Shown here piece after piece: positions 53,435 through 64,000 of a stretch of DNA of 64,000 nt. The number at the start of each line of letters is the position of its first letter. Positions within the stretch are counted from its first letter, which is position 1. Made by a program: the position numbers and the translations under genes. Origin of the DNA: the human T2T-CHM13v2.0 reference genome, Homo sapiens; the NCBI RefSeq assembly GCF_009914755.1, contig NC_060927.1. One strand, written 5' to 3'. Under the pieces are notes generated by a model. That model was not told the DNA's origin. It searched no databases and saw only the letters and a program-made list of their open reading frames with translations.

Positions 53435-54035
53435 TGTATTAGTCATTTGTATTATAACAGAGTACCTCAAAAGTTATCAGCTTAAAACAACAAATATTCA
53501 TTATCTCACAATTTCTATGGGTCAGTTATTCTGGATGCAGCTTATCTGACTAAGGGTGTCTACAAGGCTATAATCATGGTGTTTGGACCAAGGTCCACTG
53601 GTTACATGTGAAGGCTCGACTCAGTGAGGATTTGCTTCCATGCTCGCTCATGTGGCTGATGGGAGGCCTTGGGTCCTCCAGCTGTCGTCCAAAGACATCA
53701 GTTCCTTGCCTCATGGCCTTTCCATAGAGCCTTTCCATAGAGCAGCTTTCCATAGAGCTTTCCATACATGGGCCTTTCCATAGAGCAGCTTACAAGATGG
53801 CAGCTCGCTTTCCAGGGCAAAGGCTTTGAGAGACAGTGAGAGAGGGCTGGCAAGACAGAGTCACAGTCTTTTTGCAATCTAATTTGGGAAGTGATATCTT
53901 ATAACTTTTGCTGTATTCTACATGTTAAAAGTGATTCACTAGGTCCAGGATGCACTCAGTGGTAGGAGATTACACAAGAGTGTGAATTACCAGGCCAGGG
54001 AGACCATAGGGGCCATTTCAGAGACAGGCTATTGC
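53435..54035 (-). mobile_element. MLT1F/G-like LTR
   Basis: cagcttaaaacaacaaatattcattatctcacaatttctatgggtcag...ttacacaagagtgtgaattaccagg. Confidence 0.7.
53717..53790. repeat. Local amplification of CTTTCCATA(GAG), 5 copies
   Basis: cctttccatagag cctttccatagag cagctttccatagag ctttccata catggg cctttccatagag. Confidence 0.9.
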
Positions 54036-54476
54036 ACTGCTCTTGTTTATAATTAATTCACATGGACAGTACAGATGCTGGGAAATGTTTGCTTGCTAAA
54101 AATTCTCATCCATTTTCCACACCCTTCCCTTGCATTGCTTTCTTCCTAATAGCAAGAGAGCCTCTAAACCTCACATTCAGATCCAATACTTGTCTGGAGT
54201 CAACCTAAAAGAATTTTGGAGGAGATGAGAATTTTTTTAAAAAAACAAAATTCCATTGTAAATTTTATCAAATTACCCCCTAGAATCTTGTATTGTCTGC
54301 ACAATGGTTCCAGAGCTGTAGTATTTTGAGTTGCCCTAACACCTCATGTAGGTTTGTGACTTGGAAATGACCTCTTCACCTAAACATTTTTCTCTTTCTG
54401 TGTTTAAAAATGTTAGTATTATCAGATTCTTTCTGAAGTTCTACTTTTTGACATATGAAAACTATAAGAGCTTTTC

Positions 54477-54939
<463 letters not shown>

Positions 54940-56376
54940 TCAGTGTGCCACAAAAACTTACTTGCCCAGAAACTGTCTTGCACTTGCCCTAGAAATGATC
55001 AGTTGGAGAGAATTGATTCAAACTGATTATCCTCACAAAATACTGATATCTATAAGCTATGGATCTGAATTTCAATTCACATGGAGAAATGTAAAAGCTG
55101 GGGGCCTGGACACTTGTGTCCCCTGGCTTGATGCTCTCTCTCCACATAGCATTAGAATGAGTTGGAACAAGGCAAGCTACTTTTGTGACCTGGATGCTTA
55201 AGAGCTTTGTGTTCTAATGGTCTGAAGTAACACCTGCATGCTAGGGATGCTGCTGCCACTGGGATGCCGGGTCATGATCTAGCTCTAGAGCATCCTCCCC
55301 CGGACAGCCTGGTCAGCACTCCCAATATCTGTGGCACTGGCAGAAGGCTAACCAGCCAACCACACCAGGACCTCATATGTAAGAAGAATTCAGAGTTTAT
55401 GGGTTGTAAGTAAATGAAATCCAATTGGAATGACCATTGATAGAAATGGAATTTATTGGCTCATGAAATCCTGAAAGAGCAGGAGTGAGGCCATATGGGT
55501 GTGCTCCATCTTTTGTCTCAGCTTCTCTCTACATATTGGCTTCATTTTCTTCCCTTCACCATAGATCAGCTTCCACCATATGGGAGAAACCATAATCCTT
55601 AAGATTTATATTGGAAATGCCAGGCCAACAAAGAGGAACTTACTCTATTTCCCAATTCCTAAAAAGTCTCAAGGAAGAGATTAAGTGCCTCTCCAGGAGC
55701 AAGCGACTGCTTCAAGTAGGGAGGGTCAGGATCATATCAAAATGGCAACCGCTGGGCAATAACATGTGCACAACAGTTGCGGCTGGAGGGAGAAACCCCT
55801 GAAGAAGGCAGTAGTGATGGCATCCACCACAGGACCTCAGTAGCCCATGGGCCTCATGAACAATCACAACAAACCACCTCTTGGCCAAATTTGAGCACCT
55901 GATGCCCTCATACATGCATAGATTCCTTCATTCTTCTGCTCTAGCAGATGAACGTGCATATGTTTTCAATCATAATTTAGGTGTATTACTTTGTGTTTTG
56001 GATGTTTCTTCTTCAATATCCATTGGATTGGACACGTCAAATATGCACTAAGAATGAATAAGAATGGTTTCAGACTATGTACAATGCATAGAGCATCGCT
56101 TCTCACCCAGATTGCTTATCCCACCTATGCTCTTGGGGATAGGTGTTACAGACTAATGTTCTAACCAGTCAACTAAACCACAAGCAGATCCAACCAATTA
56201 AAACCAGGGGAAGGGCTTAGAGAAGAGCCAAAGAGATGGGTGAAAAGCAAACTCTGGAAAATGAAAGACTGTGCTCACATAAGCTGAAAGGAGCAAAAAT
56301 TTCAGCATCATTTAATGTCTTTAAGGAAATTTCACACTGAACAATGTAATTCAGAAACGTAATATTAGAGCTCCAG

Positions 56377-57038
<662 letters not shown>

Positions 57039-57044
57039 TTAGTC

Positions 57045-57330
57045 GCATTCCTTTATTTGCAGATGAGGAAACTGAGGCCGGAAGGGCTTAAGTGACTGTC
57101 TAAGATGTTACATAAGTGATAAGCGGCCAAAGATGCCCCATGACTTAGAAACTACTGATATCTTTACATGGAAATATTATTGCATCTATAATCCCCGCAA
57201 GTGCATGAAGGCAGTTTTATAATTTCCATTTCCCCAATGAAAAAGTGAAAATCAGAGATGTTGAGTAACTTGCCCAAGACTTCACAGTAAATAGGTGTTA
57301 AAGCCAGGCTGCAAGAACAGGACTCTGTAG
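57045..57330. mobile_element. MIR copies
   Basis: tttgcagatgaggaaactgaggc; agtaacttgcccaag. Confidence 0.65.
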
Positions 57331-57637
57331 CAAAGGTACAGAGTGATACAAAATGCAGAGAAATGATGTTTAACACTGCCAGAATGCAAGGATCGGAAAA
57401 GGTTTCAGAGAAAGTGACATCTGAATGGGTCTGGAAGGAAGGTGAGAGTCCATGGGAAAAAAAGAAACAGAGCCTTCCAGGTAAGTGGAGAAGAGCAAGA
57501 ACAGAGACTGAATTGTGGAAGAAGAGATAGAAAATGGATTTGGAGAATGACAGATGAGAGTGGAAATTGGGGCAGTGGTCAGCTCATCAAGGGCCTTAAA
57601 AGCCACATTAAGAGTTTTAGATTTTTTTCCGTTAAAG

Positions 57638-57800
57638 CAGAGCTCCTTAAACTGTAATGCGCATGAGGATCATCTGGGGATCATGTTAAAATGCAGATTC
57701 TGAATCAGCAGATCAGAGGTAGAGCCCAAGAACACATTTCCAATAAGCTCCCACATGATACTGATGCTGCTGATCTGGGACCACACTTTGAGTAGCAAAG
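57638..57800. mobile_element. MER5A
   Basis: gttaaaatgcagattctgaatcagcag...gctgctgatctgggaccacactttgagtagca. Confidence 0.8.
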
Positions 57801-57809
57801 CCTTAGACT

Positions 57810-58320
57810 CATGCTGTCCAATGTAGTAGTCCTCAGCCACATGTAGCTGTTTTGTCCTTGAAATGTGGCTAGTGAGATGGACGAGTTAGATTTTAAATTT
57901 TATTTCAGTTTAATTCATTTAAATTTAATATTTAGAGCATACTCAGTTTGTTATTTTAAAACCCTTAAGTACGTTTGGATTAACTTGAGTATGTGAACCA
58001 ACTTTTTCAACTGTAAGATTTATGAAATCTCAGTAAAGGTCAAGTATTTCCAATGAGAGTTTATAATGAATTGAGAAGTGCCGTAAGTGTAAAGTATACA
58101 CCAAAGTTCAAAAATTTTGTATGAAAAAAGAATGTAAAATTTCTCATTTTAATATTAATTACATATTGAAATGGCATTTTTGGATATACTGGGTTAAACA
58201 TAAATTATTAAAATTCACCTGTTTCTTTTAACCTTTTAAAATGAGGCTATTAGAAAATGTAAAATTTCATACATGGTTTGCATTTGTAGTTCGCATTCTA
58301 TTTCTATTGGACGGCACTAA
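57810..58320. mobile_element. hAT-Charlie element (MER33/Charlie1-like)
   Basis: Inverted termini tgctgtccaat ... attggacggca; agccacatgtagctg, gaaatgtggctagtg. Confidence 0.75.
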
Positions 58321-59269
58321 CATAGATGAGAGGGAGATATTATTTATTGGTTTCTAATCTAAGGAGAATTCCTGGGAGTGGCTCACGGTTTCTGCATTTG
58401 GGAAGCTGCAAGCACACAGTGATTCAGCCCCATCCCCCATGCGTGGGCAGATGAAGGCATGGGGGAATAACGTGACCCTGGATTCTGGAGGAGAATATTT
58501 ATTTGAAGAGGTCCTTGGCTCTATCTTCCCCTGGTCTGCATCTGTCCAAAGGTTATACCTTGCTGGGAAACGCTATTAATTCTCATTACTTTTCTGGCCA
58601 GGATCAGAAGACAAATGGATGTATCTTTAAGACATGTAGCTCAGGGACTCCAAGCCCAGCTTGTCACTGCTCACTTTCCAGTTCACCTGTAACCATGACA
58701 ACTTCATTGGCAGAAGTTGCTATGGAACATAATTCAACCTGACTCCAATTTTTTAAGAAAGAAAGAATGGAAAAACACTCAGCTTTGTCTCAGAGGAATA
58801 TCAGAGATGGGCTCTCTGGCGATATGCTCTTGACTACCAACCTCATTTAATTACTTTTGCTTGTGATTTTGCTAGGGAGGCATTTCTGCCAGGAGTGATT
58901 TCCTGGGAAAGCTGTGAGGGGTTTACATGGAAATGTTACTGTTATGGGATCCAATGGCTCACATGACCTTGGGCTGGCCTGGAATAGGAAGATTTTCAGC
59001 ACATGCCCTCAAGTTCATTTCATTTCCACTACGTTAGTTCTAATGAGGAAACTATCAGACATTTCATTACATTTCAGAGCTGGGAGGTGCTCGGATGGAA
59101 AATTGGGGAGGGGACTAAAAGATGGATCTGAAGCCACTGTGGGGTTAGGTCTTGGGCCCTATCCAACCAAATTCAGGGAGGCAGAAAAAGCTGGGAGGAT
59201 ATAAGAAAAGAAGATACTGTACAACCAAAGAAATAATGGGAAAACGCTGTAATCTCGTAAGTAAATAGG

Positions 59270-60360
59270 AAATACCAGTACCTCGTTATTTCTTTGTTTC
59301 TAAAAAGACATGTGTGTATCTTAGATCTGTTTGCTGAAAGGGCCTAGGAGCAATGAGTGACCTTTATGACTGAATTGTAGTCTCTAAATACCATTTCCCA
59401 CTAAAAGAAATCAGAGTTCCCTGAGGAATGGCTGATTTCACACCCAGAGCAGGGAATGTACAAGATGGTCCTGGCTGTGCCACAAAAGGAGATAACTGTC
59501 AATTTTAGTGGATCATATCAAAGGCACCCAGGGGTCAACTTGAAGGGTCTCCCACTGGCTAAAAATGAAACAATTTAAGCATAAAAAATTAATGCAGTAG
59601 ACTGAAATTGCCATTGACTGCATCAAAATCCATGTTTATAATGATACTTTTGAAAAATAGACATTTACTGGTCAATCTTCAATGTTACTAGGGATCCTGA
59701 CAAAGAAAGGGAAAGATTCCAGCATTTGTCCTGTCCCTTCTGCATGAACTGCTTTTCAGTGTAACCAGATAGGTAATGCAAGTTCTGTGTGGACAATTCC
59801 AACTAATAAAGGCAGATGGAAGGATACAATTAGTAAATATTTTAGAGTAATTTTAGGCAACAATCCTCAATGGATGCTGAAACCACTGGGTGAAATGTTG
59901 ATGGAGAACTTTATACGAAAAAATCAGGGTGATAACACCTGGATCCACTGTTCCATCTCGGCACTACAAAAGTGGAATCACCAAGCATTATGTGCCTACT
60001 CATGTGATGCAATGCGAAGTGTAAAGCACCAACTCTGAGGCATTCTTGGCCAAAATATTGACTAGACGCTAATTGAACATTTATATGAAGATTTTTTTAT
60101 TAATTTTTTTAGGCGCGATAATGGCGTGGTGGTCATATTTTTTAATGTCTTTATCAGCTAGAAATGCATCCTGAAGTAATTTGGGGGGAAATACTATGAT
60201 GTTAGGATTTGCACTAAATCGCCCCAGCGTAAAACAAATATACAAAAGTTTGGGTAGATGAAATGAGACTGACAACAGGTTGATAACTGGGATTGGGCAG
60301 ATAGAGGCTTATTGTATTATTGTGTTTTTAAGAATATTTGAAAATTTTTGTAATGAAAGG
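59270..60360 (+). mobile_element. L1MC/ME 3' fragment
   Basis: gggcctaggagcaatga...ctctaaataccatttcccactaaaagaaatcagagttcc...aatatttgaaaattttt. Confidence 0.65.
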
Positions 60361-61152
60361 AAATCTGGGCTACACAGTTCTAGAAGGGAGGAAGCAAATT
60401 ATTTTTGCTCCAAAATGAATGAAAAGCAGTTGCATTTTATGTAGGATTTGAGAGCTGTCCATCGTCCTAGCATCAAAAGTCTAGCCCAACCCACAGAGAG
60501 CCATCAGCAGGTTCTCATCACAGCTCTTACTCAGAATTTAACTCTCATCATGCATGTAAGTAGCTCCTGCACATTGTATCAAGCTTTTCTTGGTTATTCC
60601 CGCCTTCCCCACTTACACTCTTTTTCCATCTCTTTCTTTTCTCCTTCTATTTTCTCATCGTGTGTGTATCCATTGTAGCTCAGGCTCATTAAAAGACTGA
60701 TGTCCAATATGAAAGAAAATGTGTGATGTACTGGTAATCAAACTTTTAAAAATACACCATTTTCAAGTGATTCACTTCACAATTTTCTGTTTTCTGACAA
60801 TTTGATAAGTTAACATTGGATATCCAAACTTAGCCAATAATTAACATCGGCTATTAATCCCACTGAATATTAGATACATACAAGACTATCATGCATCTAT
60901 GCCATGATGTGGCAATATTCAAGGAAAGTCAAAATAACTAATTAGAGCAGTGCTTATGTTTCCTTTTTCAATTTTCATCTATTTAAAAAGTAATACCTCA
61001 GAAAAATCTTTAATTTCTCCAACATAAGACTATTGCCGTGTTTTAATCACCACATACACTGCAACATTCGCAGTGAACTTGCAGTTTTAGGTCTTTCTCC
61101 TTTTCCATTAAGTTTATATCACAGGTATGTTTATCGTTCTATTGGCAACTAG

Positions 61153-61464
<312 letters not shown>

Positions 61465-62141
61465 TTTTTTATCATTTTTTGTTGACATATAAAATGAAGA
61501 TATAATATGTGATATATAGTATGTAATTAAAATATATGATGATACATATAATATATAATATTCTAAGGCATATAATATGTAAAATATAATTTCTCCACAT
61601 CCTCTCCAAAACTTATTTTCTATCCTTTTTATTACAGTCATCCAAGTAGGTATGAATTGGTATCTCATGGTTTGATTTGCATTTCCTCAATGACTAATGA
61701 TGTCAAGCACCTTTTTTTGTGCTTATTGGCTATATGTATACCTTCTTTAGATAGGTATACAACCTTTGCCATTCTTAATTGGATTATTTGTCTTTTTATT
61801 ACTCAGTTGTAAGAATTCTTTAAATATTCTGGATACATGACCCTTGTCAGACACATAATTTGCAAAAACTTTCATTCTGTGGGTCATTTTTTCACTTCCT
61901 CGATAGTTATTCTGTCTTTATATTTGGCTTTTGGTAGTTTGAGTATGATGTGTATAGGTGTGGATGTTTTTGAGTTTACCCTACTTGGAATTTGTTGAGT
62001 TTCTTGGATGTGTAGACAGTTTTTAACCAAATTTGGGAACTTTTCAGCTATCATTCCTTCAAACATTCTTATGCCCCTTTTTTTCCTTCTTTGTCACTGT
62101 GACTCCCATTATATGTATGTTGATACGCTTGATGGTGTGTC

Positions 62142-62513
62142 TGTCTTAGTCCATTTGAGCTACTATAACAAAAAAACCATAGACTGGGTGACTTGAACAA
62201 CAAACATTTCTTACTCACAGTTCTGGAGTCTGGGAAGTCCAAGATCAAGCTGCCAGTAAATATGATGCCTGGTGAGGGCCTACTTCCTGGCTTATAAACA
62301 ACCGTCTACTCACGATATCCTCACATGGCAGAAGGGCAGAGACAGAAAGAAGGCTCTCTCATAACTCTTCTAAGGGCAATACGACAGCTCCACCCTTATG
62401 ACTTCATCTAATCCTAATTACCTCCTAAAGGCCCTACCTCCTAACACCATCACTTGGGCGTCAAAGGGTTTCAACACATAAATTTGAGGGTGACAAACAT
62501 TCAGTTCATAACA
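62142..62513 (-). mobile_element. MLT1A/MST-like LTR
   Basis: tgtcttagtccatttgagctactataac...attcagttcataaca; perfect TSD GTGTC. Confidence 0.85.
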
Positions 62514-62812
62514 GTGTCACACATGTCTCTGAGGCTCTGTTCATTTTTCCTTGTTCCTTTTTCTGTTCCTCAGACTGAATAATTTCAATGGACCTATCTC
62601 TGAGTTTGTTGCTTATTTACTTCTGACAGCTCAAATCTGCTGTTTGGAACCTCTTATAAATTTTTCAGTTTGGTGATGGTACTTTTCAAATCCAGAATTT
62701 CTATTTGGTTCGTTTTTGTAATTTCTACCTTTTTCTTTATATTTTCTCTTTATTGAAACATTAGTCTCACACTTTATTTCTATAGGCCTGGTTTCCTTTA
62801 GTTCTTAGAACA

Positions 62813-63045
62813 TTATTTATTTATTTATTTATTGTTTATTTATTTTTGAGACAGATCTCACTCTGTCATCCAGACTGGAGTGCAGTGGTGCAATCTCATC
62901 TCACAGCAAACCCCGCCTCTCAGGCTCAAGGGATCCTTCCGCCTCAGCCTCCCAAGTAGCTATGTGCCACCATGCCAGCTAATTTTTAACCTTTTTTTGG
63001 TAGAGAGAAGGTCTCATTATATTGCCCAGGCTTGTCTCAAACTGG
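62813..63045 (-). mobile_element. AluJ, partial
   Basis: (TTTA)n tail, gagacagatctcactctgtc...aggctcaagggatcc. Confidence 0.85.
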
Positions 63046-64000
63046 TTCTTAGAACATATTTTAAATAACTGATTTAAACTATTTTCTAGTAAGTACAATG
63101 CCTGGGCTTCCTTAGGGACAGTTTCTACCAATTGCCCATTTTTCCAGTGTATTAGTCATACTTTTTGTTTCTTACAATGTTTTGTTGAAATGTGGACATT
63201 TTAGATAATACAATATGGCAACTCTGAAAATCAGATGTCCTCTCCCAGTTTTTTTTTTTTAATTGTTGCTATTTGTCATTGTTGTTGTTTGTTTGTTTAT
63301 GACTTTTTTTCAACTAATTCTGCATTAGTCTAAATCTTTGTTGTCTGTGGCCACTGGTGTCCCTGCTCTGTTACTTTGTTAGGTATGGGTTGGAAAGATA
63401 TTTCCTCAAATATGTGGAACTTGTAGTCTCCCAGACTTTGCCAAGGGTGATGTACCTCTTCAACACTCAGATTGGCAGTTGACAATTCTGCCTTACCCTT
63501 CACTTTTTTCATGCAGAGCCTCAAGGTCAGACAGAGGTGAGAGCTTAGGGCTTTCACAGGTCTTCCCTTAACATGTACACAGCCCTGGCCATATGCACAG
63601 CTTTAGAGCACAGCCTGTAGATTTCCGGGAATAGGTCAGAGCTTTTCAAATCCTCTATGTGGACATCTCTTTCCTCAATTTTCCTTTTATGTTTTTGGTT
63701 AACCTATTGTTTGCCCTACTGTTATCCATTAGGCAGCTGCATAGTTTAATAGTTGATTCCCATCTTTTCCATAAATGCCCCTAAAGAAAAGGGGGTTCCA
63801 CTGAATGACTTCTGAATCAGGTGAAATAAAGAGAGCTTTGCAAGTGATGTCTTCCAGGGAACAAAAATAAAAGCCAAATAATGACAATTCTCTGATACTA
63901 AACTTTGAAGGAGCTCTAACCCTGTTCTGTTCTGTTCTGTCCCCTTCAGTGGATGCCTAGCTGCTAGTGTTTTTTTACCATGATTGTAGGATGCTAGTTT

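Larger units (their letters stand above)
61560..64000 (-). mobile_element. L1M: ORF2-end fragment abutting ORF1/5' region; hosts an LTR and an Alu
   Basis: Translations MRYQFIPTWMTVIK...WRGCGE (ORF2 C-term-like) and MFEGMIAEKFPNLVK...QETQQIPSRVNSKTSTPIHIILKL (ORF1p RRM-like). Confidence 0.8.

Overview
Primate genomic DNA, almost certainly the human POMGNT2 (GTDC2/AGO61/C3orf39) locus. The only well-supported protein-coding gene is POMGNT2 on the minus strand. It has a non-coding CpG-island exon 1 (~31420-31181), a single 24.3-kb intron lying entirely in the 5'UTR (31180-6867), and a last exon (6866-~4560) carrying the whole 580-codon CDS (6761-5019) and an ATTAAA poly(A) signal. The rest is repeat-rich intronic/intergenic sequence: about 12 Alus, old L1M fragments, many MaLR LTRs (THE1, MST, MLT1), MIR/L2 and MER DNA transposons, several of them nested. 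The most interesting signals concern translational control of the POMGNT2 mRNA. (i) A two-AUG, 21-codon uORF ends 20 nt before the main AUG. (ii) That uORF frame stays open across the splice junction through all of exon 1, with well-contexted CUGs (possible 61-aa microprotein). (iii) A UAG-C stop is followed by a 96-codon in-frame open 3'UTR. Other candidates are a G4-forming (GYCGGGG)6 heptamer repeat in early intron 1, a cryptic 56-nt 5'UTR cassette exon, a GATA/octamer cluster, and a 213-codon ORF bracketed by an inverted young Alu pair. Repeat subfamily names and boundaries were assigned by eye and are approximate; no database searches were run.
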